Shown here piece after piece: positions 21,572 through 32,657 of a stretch of 64,000 nucleotides of DNA. Each line of letters opens with the position of its first letter. The first letter of the stretch is position 1. A model generated the notes under the pieces. The model ran no database searches, had not been told where the DNA came from, and saw only the letters and a list, made by a program, of their open reading frames with translations. The stretch is taken from the NCBI GenBank assembly GCA_963758635.1, contig CAVWWD010000005.1, positions 96,001 through 160,000 of the forward strand, read 5' to 3'. The stretch comes from an uncultured Candidatus Rokubacteria bacterium (GTDB lineage Bacteria > Methylomirabilota > Methylomirabilia > Rokubacteriales > CSP1-6). The position numbers were made by a program, and so were the translations under genes.

Positions 21572-22213
21572 GTGCCGTTGCCGCTGTCGCTCCGCAACAC
21601 CCTCGCCGAGCTGATCCTCGACGCGCTCCACGACTCCGAAGCCCGGGCCGCTCTCGCCGCGCTCTGCGCGGTCTGCGACGACCCGCGCGCGCTCGCGGCG
21701 GCGCCCCCGCCGGCGCGCTTCCCCGTGGACCTCTTCGAGGCCCGCGACGACGGGCTCGCCGCGAAGGACGCCGCGCACGGCGGCGAGATGTGCGCGCGCG
21801 CGCGACGCGGCTGGGCGGTCGTGCGCGAGCGCCCGCTCGACCCGCCGCATGCGCCGCTGCCCGTCGCCCTGTCCGCGGCGGCGGCGCTCTTCGACGGTGG
21901 TCTCTATTTCGAGACGCACGAGCAGCTCGAGCCGCACTGGATGCGCGCCCACGGCGAGGCGCGCGACGCGATCCAGGGACTGATCCAGGTCGCCGTGGGG
22001 TTCCAGCACCTCGCCAACGGCAACCCCGCGGGCGCGCGTGCCCTCCTGGGCGAGGGCGCGGCCAAGCTGGCGGGACGCCGCCTCGCCGGCCGTGACCTCG
22101 ACGCCTTCGCGCGCGAGACGCGCGGGTGCCACGACGAGGTGATGGCGCTGGGAGACCAGGCGAGCGCGCGCTTCTCCTGGACCCAGGTGCCGCGCTTTCC
22201 CGCCGTCGCGTGA
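21572..22213 (+). CDS. DUF309 domain protein
   Basis: LF..G.YFETHE.LE..W and QGLIQVAVGFQH motifs. Confidence 0.8.
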   Translation: MPLPLSLRNTLAELILDALHDSEARAALAALCAVCDDPRALAAAPPPARFPVDLFEARDDGLAAKDAAHGGEMCARARRGWAVVRERPLDPPHAPLPVALSAAAALFDGGLYFETHEQLEPHWMRAHGEARDAIQGLIQVAVGFQHLANGNPAGARALLGEGAAKLAGRRLAGRDLDAFARETRGCHDEVMALGDQASARFSWTQVPRFPAVA

Positions 22214-22417
22214 TCCCTGCGCGATCTCCGGGCATGGGCCCGACGACGTACGCCGTGTGACCCCTCGCGTGAGGGAGATCCCGCCCCGTGCGCGTCCTTG
22301 CCTCAGCCAATTCCCAGGCTCGAGATCCGGGTGGACGGGGGTCAGGGCGTCCCCACTCATCTCAAGGAGGTGATCCTAAGGGTGTGAAATGGAGTCATTT
22401 CCACCGTAAGGATTTCC

Positions 22418-22446
22418 TTGACAGCCCCATTTGACGAACGTAGGGT
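22418..22446 (+). promoter_or_regulatory. Sigma-70-type promoter for the RRM gene
   Basis: TTGACA-17 nt-TAGGGT in a locally AT-richer segment. Confidence 0.55.
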
Positions 22447-22577
22447 ATGGGCCATGTTTTCAGGGCATGTACCATAGTGCCCCTATTGACTTGGTGTCCG
22501 GGGCATTATGCCCCATGCGCCGCCGGTGAGCCTGGGCGGGTGACGCTCGCGGTTCTGGGTGCGGCAGGAGGTTCGTG

Positions 22578-22907
22578 ATGCCCGCTAAGCTTTTCGTCGG
22601 CAACCTATCGTTCCAGGCCACCGAAGAGGACCTTCGAGAGCTCTTCCAGCAGTCCGGCACGGTCGAGTCCGTCCGGATCGTCACCGATCAGTTCACCGGG
22701 CGCCCGCGCGGCTTCGGCTTCGTCGAGATGGCGACGAAGGAGGAAGCGGCGAAGGCCGTCGAGATGCTGAACGGACGGCTCTTCCGCGACCGCAACCTGG
22801 TCGTCGACGAGGCGCGGCCGCAGCCCGCGCGGACGGGTGGAGCGCCCCGATCGGATCGTGGTGGCTCGCGCCCCGGCGGATCGAGCGCCGGAGGCTGGCG
22901 CCGCTAA
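22578..22907 (+). CDS. RRM RNA-binding protein (Rbp family) with a Gly/Arg-rich tail
   Basis: LFVGNL (RNP2), RGFGFVEM (RNP1); AGGAGG RBS. Confidence 0.93.
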   Translation: MPAKLFVGNLSFQATEEDLRELFQQSGTVESVRIVTDQFTGRPRGFGFVEMATKEEAAKAVEMLNGRLFRDRNLVVDEARPQPARTGGAPRSDRGGSRPGGSSAGGWRR

Positions 22908-22983
22908 TGACCTCGCAGAATACGGGAACCGTCACGGGTCTCTACAGTCCCACCGCTCGGCATTAGTCCGATGCGCGGGGCTC
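22908..22983 (+). repeat. Family B repeat, copy 3
   Basis: Lies between the RRM TAA stop and its terminator; flanks CTAATGA...TCATTAG are an inverted repeat. Confidence 0.92.
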
Positions 22984-23005
22984 ATTAGACCGAAGCGGGC
23001 AAGAG

Positions 23006-23035
23006 ACCCCGGGGGCGACCCTCCCGGGGTTTTTT
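23006..23035 (+). terminator. Rho-independent terminator
   Basis: ACCCCGGGGG-CGACC-CTCCCGGGGT followed by TTTTT. Confidence 0.8.
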
Positions 23036-23042
23036 CTCGCGC

Positions 23043-23071
23043 TTGTATACTCATCATGTGAGGAGTATATT
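23043..23071 (+). promoter_or_regulatory. Sigma-70 promoter with an overlapping palindromic operator
   Basis: TTGTAT-17 nt-TATATT; TATACTC-N10-GAGTATA palindrome; ATG 7 nt after the -10. Confidence 0.65.
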
Positions 23072-23078
23072 GCGATCC

Positions 23079-24060
23079 ATGAATCGCCCCGGCGTTCCCG
23101 CTCCAGGCTTCGCCAAACGCATCGGCCCCGTCGTCGACGAGCGCCGGAACGCCGAGTTCCAGGCGCTCGAGAGCACGGACCTCATGAACCGCCTCAACGG
23201 CGCATCGATGCCGTTCGACTGGACGGTGAACCCGTATCGCGGCTGCGAGGTCGGCTGCCGGTACTGCTATGCCCGGCCCACCCACGAGTACCTGGGCCAC
23301 GTCGACCCCAGCGAGTTCGAGGAGCGCATCTACGTCAAGAGCGTGGACGAGGCCCGCCTGCTCCATACCCTCCGGCGCGCGCGTGACGCGGACCAGGAAG
23401 TCGCCATCGGCACCGCCACCGATCCCTACCAGCCGGCCGAGGGACGCTTCCGGGTGACCGAGACGGTGCTGCGGGCCATCGCCCGCGTGCCCGGCCTCAA
23501 GGTCGGGATCACCACCAAGAGCACCTCGGTCACGCGAGACCTGCCGCTTCTCGCCGAGATCGCCGCCGCCGCCCGGCTCATCGTGAACGTCTCCTTGATC
23601 TCGCATGGACGCGGACCTTCTCCGGCAGCTCGAGCCTCGCGCCCCGCGCCCCGATCTCCGCCTCCGCGCGCTGTCCATGCTCCACCAGGCCGGCATCCCG
23701 GCGCGGCTCTTCGTGATGCCGGTGTTGCCGTACCTGACCGACGGGGAGCCCGGCCTGCGAAGGCTGCTCGAGGCGGCGGCGCGCGCCGGCGCCGGCGAGG
23801 TCATCTGGAACGTGCTCTTCCTCCGCGGCGCCACCCGCCCGTTCTTCCTCGACTTCCTGAGGCGGGAGATGCCGTGGCTGGTTCAGCGCTACGTGGCGCT
23901 CTACGCGGGCGGCGCGTATGCGGCGGCGGAGTACCGGCAGGAGGTGGACCGGCTCATGGAGCGGCTCGGACGCGAGGCCGGACTGAGCGGCCTGACCCGG
24001 GAGGAACGCGTGAAGCGAGAAGGGGGAGGCCGGTCGCGGCAGCTCGCGCTGTTCTGGTAG
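23079..24060 (+). CDS. Radical SAM protein, SplB/Rv2578c-like DNA-repair family (frameshift near 23603)
   Basis: NPYRGCEVGCRYCYAR, GTATDPYQPAE, ITTK, LEPRAP. Confidence 0.85.
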
Positions 24061-24092
24061 CGCGCGCGGTCAACTCGGCAGGTCGCGCCTCT

Positions 24093-26370
24093 TCATGCCT
24101 GTAGGTCGAGCGTCAGCTGGACGGGCCCGTTCTGGGCGTCGTCCTCGGTGGGAGCCCGGAGCCCGTCGCGCTCGATGAACGGGCGGAACTTCTCGTAGAG
24201 GTCCCGGAGCTTTGCGATGTAGTGCGCGGTGTTCTCGTCGGGCGCCGACGGGTCCCACGCCGTCGCCAGCTTGGCCGCCTCGCTCACCTTCACCGGTCTG
24301 CCGCCCGCCACGTAGTAGGACACCTGGTCGCCGGCCTGGTACGAGCGTTCGGCGGCCAGCGCCAGCTCGTAGGGCGCCGCCGGGTTCCGCTTTCCCTCCT
24401 CCACCTTCTCGCGATAGGCCTCGGGCGACTCCTGCAGCGTCTCCGTCTTCATGAACTGCCGCACCGGGACCCGATGCGCCAGGAAGCTCTCCTCCCAGCG
24501 GCGCGCGAGGGCCGGGATCTCCTCCCGCCGGCCTGTCGAGCAGGAGCCGGAACACCTCCTCCATCCACTGCCGCTGGAACAGCTCGATGCCGCGGGAGCG
24601 GAAGCCGGAGCCCTTGATCAGGAGCTTCCCGTGGTCGTCGAGGAGCGCGTAGTTCTTCATCTTGTAGCTGAACATCGCCCCGTAGCGTCCGCTCAGCTCG
24701 AGCTCGATCCCGCTGGGCAGGGCGCCGGCGAGCGACGCGAGGAGCGAGTCCTCGTCGGGCCCCTCGGGGGGCGGGACGAAGTAGAGGCCGTCGGTGTCGA
24801 CCTCGATGACCGTGCCGCCGAGCTCGCGGAGCCGGTCCACGAGAGACATGACGACGCGGCGCCCTTCGAGCGTGACGCGGTTGGCCGCCTCGAAGTCGTT
24901 CCAGTGGCCGAGCGAGAACCCGAGGTAGCCGTAGAACGAGTTGATGAGGATCTTGAAGGTCTGCTGCAGGGCGCCGAGCAGGAGCCGATCGCCCGGGTCG
25001 GCGGCGGTCCGGGCGAGCCGCTTGGCCGAGACCCGGAACTCGCGAAGGTCGCCCAGCAGCGAGCTCCAGATGCCCAGGCGATCGGCGGACGGCGCGATGC
25101 CCTGCGACAGCATGATCGACGGGTAGAGGGACGTCACGTCGGCGTGGAGCACGTCCCGGGCGACGCCCTGGCAGAACACCGCGGTGTAGCCGCCCGCCAC
25201 TCCGCTCGGGGGCCCGGGCCGCGGCACGGACTGGCCCCGGTAGAGGTACTCGCGCATCAGCAGGGCGTCGACCTTGGTCGCGTTGCCCCGCAGCACGACC
25301 GACTCGTAGTCGAAGGGCAGGGCCTGCGCCTGCACGAAGTACGGCGCGGAGAGGAGGCGCGAGACCTCGAGCGTCTCGAGCACGTCGTCGCGCGCATAGG
25401 CCATCAGGCGCTCGGGGTCCTCGGCGAACACCCGCGGGATGTCCTCGGGGGGCAGGTAGGTCCGGTCGGGCGCGGCCACGCCGAAGTGCCGCGCCACGTC
25501 CTTCAGCCCATAGGACGGCAGGTCGCGCGCGCCCACGTCGTAGAGCTGGGAGAGGAGCCACGTGTCGACGATGTGGCGACCCGCGACGCCGTACCGCCGG
25601 TAGCCGATCGTGCGCTCCGCCACCTGCATGCGCGAGGGATGGCCGGTCAGGAGCGAGCCGTCGCGGCCCCAGGCGAGCGGCACGCCGTGTCGACGCGCCC
25701 GCGCCTCGAGGTACTCCAGGTCGAACCGGAAGATGTTGTGGCCCTCGAGCACGTCGGGGTCACGCTCGCGGAGCAGCCGCCCGCACTCGGCGAGGAGCTG
25801 CGCCTCCGAGGCCCGCGCTCCCGACAGCACGGTGCTCCACCCGGACGAGTCGGCCAGGGCGATGGCCACGATGCGATCCGCCCCTCGGCCCGCGTTCGGG
25901 AACTCGAAGCCCGGCGCCGTCGTCACCTCGATGTCGAGCGCGAGGCGCCGGAGGTCCTCGAAGCCCATGCCGCGGAACGACGTGCGGCCGGTGCGGAGCA
26001 GGAACTGCTGCACGGGGTCGTTGAAGAACCGGTACGGCGCCTCCGGCGCGCCGGACGGATGGCCCGTGAGCTGGCGACAGTGCTCGCGAGCACGGAGGGC
26101 GGCGCCCCACGACGCGAACGTCGCGAGCCAGCCGAACGCGCCGTCGCCCTCGAGCCGCTCGACCGGGGCGGGCTCCGCGTGATCACGGAGGAGGCCGGGG
26201 TCGCCGAGGAGCATGAACGGCGAGAAGGGGAGCGCCTCGGTGACGACGCCCGCGTCGCGCCGCGCGTAGCAGGTCATGACGCGGTCGCGGGGGACGAAGG
26301 CGAGCAGCCGGGGAGCGGGATCGCGCCCGAACAGGATCGGGTTCGCGTAGAAGCGCTGAGCGAGGTTCAA
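24093..26370 (-). CDS. Family B DNA polymerase with 3'-5' exonuclease (frameshift near 24530)
   Basis: Exo motifs DIE, GHNIFRFD, YARDD; Pol motifs DVTSLYPS, KILINSFYG, VDTDG. Confidence 0.9.
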
Positions 26371-26864
26371 TTGCGCTGACGGATGAGGAGCTCGACGCGG
26401 ACCAGCTCGCGGCGGGCCGGCTCGTAGCGCGGCTCGACGCCGAGCGCCCCGCGGAGCTCGCGGACGGCCTCCATCAGGCGGTCCTGCTTCACGTAGATGC
26501 GCGCGAGGTTGAAGAACGGGTACTGGCGGGGCTCGTACCGCCGCGCGCGCTTGGCGCGCTCCAGCCACGGGATCGCCTCGTCGACGCGCCCGAGCTCGAT
26601 GAGGTAGGCGCCGATGTCGTTGTACGGGTTGCCGAAGTCCGGATCCACGGCGATCGCGGTGTGGCACTCCGCGATGGCGTCCTCGTGCCGGCCCTGGAAG
26701 CTGTAGGTCCAGCCGAGGAACGTGTGGGCCTCGGCGGTGGGGTGGCTCGCGATCGACCGGCGATAGTGCTCGATGGCTTCCTCGAGCCGGCCCGCCATCT
26801 GCGCCTCGTACCCGCGCTGGAAGTGCGTCTGCGCGGCCTCGACGGCGTCCTGGTCCTCGCTCAT
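26367..26864 (-). CDS. Tetratricopeptide repeat protein
   Basis: AEAHTFLGW, NPYNDIGAYL, FNLARIY TPR patterns. Confidence 0.85.
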   Translation of the reverse strand: MSEDQDAVEAAQTHFQRGYEAQMAGRLEEAIEHYRRSIASHPTAEAHTFLGWTYSFQGRHEDAIAECHTAIAVDPDFGNPYNDIGAYLIELGRVDEAIPWLERAKRARRYEPRQYPFFNLARIYVKQDRLMEAVRELRGALGVEPRYEPARRELVRVELLIRQRN

Positions 26865-27006
26865 CCCGTCACCGCATCCGTCTCGGCGTGGCCATCTTCC
26901 GCTCGGATTCTACTCCAGTCGCCGGCGGCCGGAGACGGCGTCGGCGCGCCGCGCGGCGCTCGCGCGTTGCGTGGCGCGGTGGCGCCGTGCTAGCGTGAGC
27001 GCTCCC

Positions 27007-27738
27007 ATGGGTGCGTGCGCGTCCAAGCAGGAGCTGCGCGAGCGCGTGTGGCGCGCGCTGGAGATCGCCGGGGCCGCCCGCTTCCCGGGCGCCAAGGGGC
27101 GCATCCCCAACTACTCCGGAGCCGAGCGCGCCGCCCTCGAGCTGCCGGGCATTCCCGCGTGGAAGCGCGCGCGCGTGGTCAAGATCAACCCTGACGCCGC
27201 GCAGCTGCCGGTCCGCCGCCTCGCCCTCCGGGAGGGCAAGCTCGTGTACATGCCCGTGCCCCGGCTCGCCGCGGCGGAGTGCTTCATCGAGCTCGATCCC
27301 GCGCGGCTCGGCGCGAACCTGTCGCGCGCCGCCACCATCAAGGGGGCGGCGGCGCACGGCCGCGCGCTCACGCCCGAGGCGATGCGCCCGATCGACCTGG
27401 TGGTGTGCGGCTCGGTGGCCGTCAACGGGCTGGGGGCCCGCGTCGGCAAGGGCGGCGGCTACTCGGACCTCGAGTACGGCCTCCTGCGGGAGCGCGGGCT
27501 CCTCGGCGAGCGCACGCCCGTGGTGACCACCGTGCACCCGATCCAGGTCGTGCCCCACGCCATCGAGACCCTGCCGCACGACATCGTGCTCGACTGGGTC
27601 GTCACCGCCGCCGGCCCCATGCGCTGCGCCTCCGGGCTGCCGCGGCCGCGCGGGATCTACTGGGACGACCTCGACGACGAGAAGATCGAGAGCGTTCCCA
27701 TCCTCGCCACCCTCGCGGCGGCGCGACGCGCTCGCTGA
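27007..27738 (+). CDS. 5-formyltetrahydrofolate cyclo-ligase family (MTHFSD-like)
   Basis: GRIPNY.GA, NPD..Q, GSVAV...GARVGKGGGYSDLE. Confidence 0.85.
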   Translation: MGACASKQELRERVWRALEIAGAARFPGAKGRIPNYSGAERAALELPGIPAWKRARVVKINPDAAQLPVRRLALREGKLVYMPVPRLAAAECFIELDPARLGANLSRAATIKGAAAHGRALTPEAMRPIDLVVCGSVAVNGLGARVGKGGGYSDLEYGLLRERGLLGERTPVVTTVHPIQVVPHAIETLPHDIVLDWVVTAAGPMRCASGLPRPRGIYWDDLDDEKIESVPILATLAAARRAR

Positions 27739-27765
27739 CCCGACCCTCACAGGAAAGGACCCGGC

Positions 27766-28557
27766 ATGGACCTCGGACTCAAAGGAAAGGTCGCCTTCGT
27801 GGCCGCGGCCAGCAAGGGCATGGGCCGCGCGTGCGCGCTGGGCCTGGCCGCCGAAGGCGCGCGCGTCGCCATGTGCGCGCGGACGGCGTCCGCCCTCGAC
27901 GAGGCCGCCGCCGACGTGCGGAAGCAGACCGGCGCCGAGGTCGTGGCCATCCCCGCCGACCTGTCCCGCGCCGCGGACGTCGCGCGGGCCGTCGCGCGGA
28001 CGCGCGAGACCCTCGGCGACGTGGACATCCTCGTCGGCAACGTCGGCGGGCCGCCGCCCGGCAACTTCGACCAGATGACGGACGAGCAGTGGACGCAGGC
28101 CTTCGAGCAGGTGCACATGTCCACCGTCCGGCTCATCCGGGACGTCCTGCCCCGCATGCGCGCGCGGAAGTGGGGGCGCATCCTCGCCATCCAGTCCAGC
28201 TCGGTGAAGCAGCCGGTGGACGGCCTCGTGCTGTCCAACGGGATCCGGCCCGCCGTCGCCGGCCTCTTCAAGACGATCGCCGGCGACGTGGCCGCCGACA
28301 ACGTCACCGTGAACATGGTCCTGCCCGGGCGGATCATGACCGACCGGTTCCTCCACCATCAGGCGGAGCGGGCGAAGGCGGCGGGACGCACGCTGGAGGA
28401 GCAGATGAAGGTCGGGGCCCTGGACATCCCGGCCGGCCGCGTCGGCCGGCCCGAGGAGTTCGCCGCCGTCGTCGTCTTCCTGGCCTCCGAGCGCGCGTCG
28501 TACGTGACGGGGACGGTGGTCCAGGTGGACGGGGGCCTGATCAAGAGCGTCGTGTAG
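27766..28557 (+). CDS. SDR oxidoreductase
   Basis: MDLGLKGKVAFVAAASKGMG, NVGGPPPG, VDGG. Confidence 0.88.
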   Translation: MDLGLKGKVAFVAAASKGMGRACALGLAAEGARVAMCARTASALDEAAADVRKQTGAEVVAIPADLSRAADVARAVARTRETLGDVDILVGNVGGPPPGNFDQMTDEQWTQAFEQVHMSTVRLIRDVLPRMRARKWGRILAIQSSSVKQPVDGLVLSNGIRPAVAGLFKTIAGDVAADNVTVNMVLPGRIMTDRFLHHQAERAKAAGRTLEEQMKVGALDIPAGRVGRPEEFAAVVVFLASERASYVTGTVVQVDGGLIKSVV

Positions 28558-28659
28558 GGCCGTGCTCGCCCGCCCCTCGATGACGACCCCCGCAGGGACA
28601 ATGGCCCTCGCGACCCGTCCGCGATAGCGGACGCGCCGGCACGGCCGCGGCGACCGCCG

Positions 28660-29466
28660 ATGCTCATCGCGTGGTGGGGAGCCCTCCGCGGGTTCTACAA
28701 CCACAACGGCTTCTTCCTCGCCGCCGGGCTCGCCTTCTACTTCCTGATCTGCCTCATCCCCACGCTGTTCCTGTTCGTGTCCCTGGCCGGCTTCGCGCTC
28801 TCCAGCGAGGCGGCGAGCCAGGCCGTGCTCGACCGTCTCGGGCAGATCGTGCCCGTCTACCGGCACGAGATGAAGGAGATCCTCGCCCGCATCATCGCCA
28901 CGCGGAGCCTGTCCGGGCTGGTCGGCACGCTCATCCTGGTGGTGTTCTCGAGCCAGATGTTCGGCGCCCAGCGGTTCGTCCTCAACCAGGTGTTCAGCGT
29001 GCGCCGGGGCCGCGGGATCTTCAAGGGCATGGCGAGCGACACCCTGATGATCTTCGTGATGGGGGCGCTGTTCTTCTTCAGCATCGCCGTCACCGACCTC
29101 GTGGCCTGGCTCCGGGTCTTCGTCTTCTCCCCGGGGATCCCGCGCTTCTGGCTGCGCAGCCTCACCATCGCCATCGCGCTCGGCTTCAACACCGTGCTCT
29201 TCTTCGTCGCCTACCGCTACTTCCCCTCGCGCTCCGTCGACGCGTGGCCCACCCTGTGGGGCGCGCTGCTCGCCAGCGTGCTCTGGGAAACCGCGAAGCA
29301 GGTCTTCCGCTGGTACATCCTGACCTTCGGCGTGTACGACCAGCTGTACGGTACGCTGGGGGCCCTCGTGGCCCTCAGCATGTTCGTGTACTACTCCGCC
29401 ATGGTGTTCATCCTCGGCGCCGAGTACACCGCCGCGCTCGAGGCTCGATGGCGCGGCCGCTCGTAG
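28660..29466 (+). CDS. YihY/BrkB-family membrane protein
   Basis: AAGLAFY, YDQLYGTLGA and LGAE motifs; start uncertain. Confidence 0.85.
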   Translation: MLIAWWGALRGFYNHNGFFLAAGLAFYFLICLIPTLFLFVSLAGFALSSEAASQAVLDRLGQIVPVYRHEMKEILARIIATRSLSGLVGTLILVVFSSQMFGAQRFVLNQVFSVRRGRGIFKGMASDTLMIFVMGALFFFSIAVTDLVAWLRVFVFSPGIPRFWLRSLTIAIALGFNTVLFFVAYRYFPSRSVDAWPTLWGALLASVLWETAKQVFRWYILTFGVYDQLYGTLGALVALSMFVYYSAMVFILGAEYTAALEARWRGRS

Positions 29467-29577
29467 CTGTGCTAGGGTGAGCCATCCAAGATCGGCCCAG
29501 GCGAGCGCCGTCCTGCGCGGGCCGCGCGGCGGCGGCGGACCAGGGCGCTGGGCCACTTCACAGGGCGGAGGACACTC

Positions 29578-30489
29578 ATGCTGCTGGCGGACAAGGTCGC
29601 GGTGGTGACGGGAGCGGCGCGGGGGATCGGGCGGGAGATCGCCCTCCTGATGGCGCGGCACGGCGCGAAGGTCATCGTCAACGACTTCGGCGGCGCGGCG
29701 GACGGCACCGGCGCCACGGCCACTCCCGCCGACGAGGTGGTGAACGCGATCAAGGGGCAGGGCGGCCAGGCCGCCGCGTGCTACGACTCGGTGGCGAGCA
29801 TGAAGGGCGGCGCCAATATCGTCCAGGCCGCCCTCGATCACTTCGGCGGCGTGGACATCGTCGTCAACAACGCGGGCATCCTCCGCGACCGCATGATCTT
29901 CAACATGACCGAGGAGGAGTGGGACGGCGTCATCAACACCCACCTCAAGGGGACCTTCGCGGTGACGCGGGCGGCGTCGCCGCACATGCGCGAGCGGAAG
30001 TGGGGGCGCATCGTCAACATGACCTCCACCTCGGGGCTCGTCGGCAACGTCGGCCAGGCGAACTACGCCGCGGCCAAGCTCGGCATCGTCGGCTTCACCA
30101 AGGTCGTCGCCCTGGACATGGCCCGCTACAACGTCACCGCGAACTGCATCTCGCCGTTCGCGTGGACGCGCATGATCGGCACCATCCCGACCGAGACCGA
30201 GGCGCAGAAGGCCCGCGTCGAGAAGATCAAGAAGATGGGCCCGGAGCACATCGCCCCCGTCGCGGTGTTCCTCGCTTCCGAGGCGGCCAAGGAGATCTCC
30301 GGCCAGGTCTTCGGCGTGCGCGGCAAGGAGATCATGCTCTTCAATCACATGCGGCCGGCGCGGAGCCTCCACCACGACGCCGGCTGGACCCCCGAGCGCC
30401 TCGCCGAGATGTTCCCCGGCACCCTCCGCCATCATCTGGCTCCACTGGAGACCTCGGGGCAGTTCTTCAACTACGATCCGCTCGTGTGA
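29578..30489 (+). CDS. SDR oxidoreductase (3-hydroxyacyl-CoA dehydrogenase/MFE-2-like)
   Basis: TGAARGIG, VNNAGILRD, GQANYAAAK. Confidence 0.88.
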   Translation: MLLADKVAVVTGAARGIGREIALLMARHGAKVIVNDFGGAADGTGATATPADEVVNAIKGQGGQAAACYDSVASMKGGANIVQAALDHFGGVDIVVNNAGILRDRMIFNMTEEEWDGVINTHLKGTFAVTRAASPHMRERKWGRIVNMTSTSGLVGNVGQANYAAAKLGIVGFTKVVALDMARYNVTANCISPFAWTRMIGTIPTETEAQKARVEKIKKMGPEHIAPVAVFLASEAAKEISGQVFGVRGKEIMLFNHMRPARSLHHDAGWTPERLAEMFPGTLRHHLAPLETSGQFFNYDPLV

Positions 30490-32504
30490 ACTCGGAGGGG
30501 GAGCGGCCGCCCCGCGCAACGGCGGGGTCAGACCCTCGCGCAACGTAGGCGACGACGGCGAGCAGCAGGACGGAAGCGGCGCTCACGGCGAGGCCTGCCC
30601 ATTCGGGGAGACTCGGGGCGTAACGGAGCTCCACGTCGCCGGCGGCGGGGGGGCGCTCCACCTCGAGGAGGCCGGTGACCCCGCGGCGAGTGGAGAGGTC
30701 GCCGGCTGCGACACGCGCCCGCCAGAGCGGCGAGTAGCCGATGCCGGTGACGATCCACGGTCCGGTCCCCATCGCCTCGACCCGCACGCGGTCCGGCTCC
30801 AACCACAGGGGCAGGGGCGCGGCCGCCTTCGAGGAGAACACCAGGAAGGGTCCGACGCGACGGGCCTCGCCGAAGCGCCCGCCGGGGCCGAGGAATCCCA
30901 GGCGGTCCGCGTCCTCGTCCAGCGCCACCACGACGGACACGCGGAACGCGTCGGCCAGTCGCTCGAACTGCTCGGTTCGCAGGACGCCGAGCGCCGTGCC
31001 GAACAGGGTCACGCCGTCCCGCTGCTCGACGAGCATGGTGATGGGCGCCACCGGCGAGCCCCGGTAGACGAAGCCGGCCACGGGCGACGGGTGGGTGAAC
31101 GTGCCGTTGACGATCTCGCGTCCCGCGCGGAGCGGGGTGAGCGCGGTGATGTGTGAATGCGCACGCCACCACTCCCGCCGGTACTCGAGCGGCACCGAGG
31201 AGCGCACGAAGAGGACCCGGCCGGGCGGCGCCCGTCGCAGCGCCTCCCAGAGCGCATCGAGGCGCGTGCCCGCGACCACCTCCGCGTAGGTCGGCCACTG
31301 GCCGCGGACCGGCCAGAGCGACAGCGTGGGCTCGTTGCGCCCGGCGGGAAGCAGCGCGACCACGCAGGCGATCGCGCCGAGCGCGAGCCCCCACGGCGGC
31401 AGCGCGGGAACGAGCCGCGCGAGGGCGGCGAGGCCCACCGACGCGCCGAGCACCAGGGCCAGGACCACGCCGTCGGCCACGCGGTCGGCGGGAAGCCAGC
31501 GCGCGCCGAGCTCGCCGAGGAGGGCGTCAGACGGCCACCAGCCCGACGGCCGCGGGCGCCAGGGCGAGCAGCCAGCCGATGCCGCGATCGGCGTCGGCGC
31601 GGCGCGCGTGCCCGACCCAGGCCGCGGCGGTGGCGGCGGCGAGCACGGCGAGCAGCGGATAGTCGGCGAGACGGCGCGCGAGCCCGGACAGCGACGCGTC
31701 GCCCCAGGCGAGCGGCAGCGTCATGTCGAAGCGGCTGACCAGGGGCGTGAGCCAGAACGCGGTCAGCCCCGCGCCGAGGCCCAGGACGAGACCGGCGTGG
31801 ACCGCGCGGCTCTCGGGAGGGCCGGGCGCGACGGCGAGGGCGAGGAGCACCATGGCCGCGGCGAGCGGCGCGTGCGCGGGGTGGGCGAGCACGATGGCCG
31901 CGAGGACGACGGCGGGCACGAGGGGCGACCGCGACCGCCCCTCGATCCACCGGACGAGCGCCAGCGCGAGGAACGGCAGCAGACCCCAGCCGAGCCGCGC
32001 GGCCACCAGGCCCCAGCGGAGCCCTTCCTCGACGCCGCTGCGCGTCTCCGCCGAGATCGTCATGGCCACGAGGGCACCGGGAAGGGCGAGCCACCCGCTG
32101 CCGAGCGCCCGCGCGAGGAGCACGTAGGTGCTCAGGCCGGGCAGGAGGAACACGCACCAGAGGAGCGCCTGGTACGCCGCCTCGGGAGAGAGAGCGCGCG
32201 CGGACCCGAGATGGAGCAGCGCGCCCAGGTAGGCGAACCCGGGCGGATAGAACTGGAGCTCCGGATACCCGGCCCACCAGCCCGGGTTCCAGCGCCACGG
32301 CGCCGGGCCGAGCGTGACGGCGTGCCACACGCGGTAGAGCTGGCCGGGATGATCGTCGAAGACGAGGAGCCCGCGCCCGAGCGCCGTCCACGCGAACGCG
32401 AGCCCGTACGCCAGGAGCAGCGCCGGCGGAAGGATCCGCCCGAGGAGGTCGAGGGCTGACCGTGGGCCGGGCGCCGCTCGCGGCCCGCGCGCGCCGTCCG
32501 TCAC
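30467..32504 (-). CDS. GT-C-like multi-TM membrane protein (frameshift near 31530; ends uncertain)
   Basis: DDHPGQ, WNPGWWAGYPELQFYPP motif of PTPS-related/YfhO-like proteins; two abutting ORFs. Confidence 0.6.
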
Positions 32505-32657
32505 GCTCCGGACCTGTCTCGCGTCCCTTCGCGCGCGTTCACGGTGCGCCGATCATACGCGATGCGTTGACATTTCCCGTGCGCGCGTGTCTAGTAGGCG
32601 AAATCGAACGGGCCCGGCGCGATGTCGTGTTCGCGCGCCGGACAGGAGGAGAGGCGG

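Noticed and set aside
24093..26370. Prophage, casposon or pipolin around PolB
   Set aside because: No integrase, Cas1, structural genes, att sites or compositional shift.
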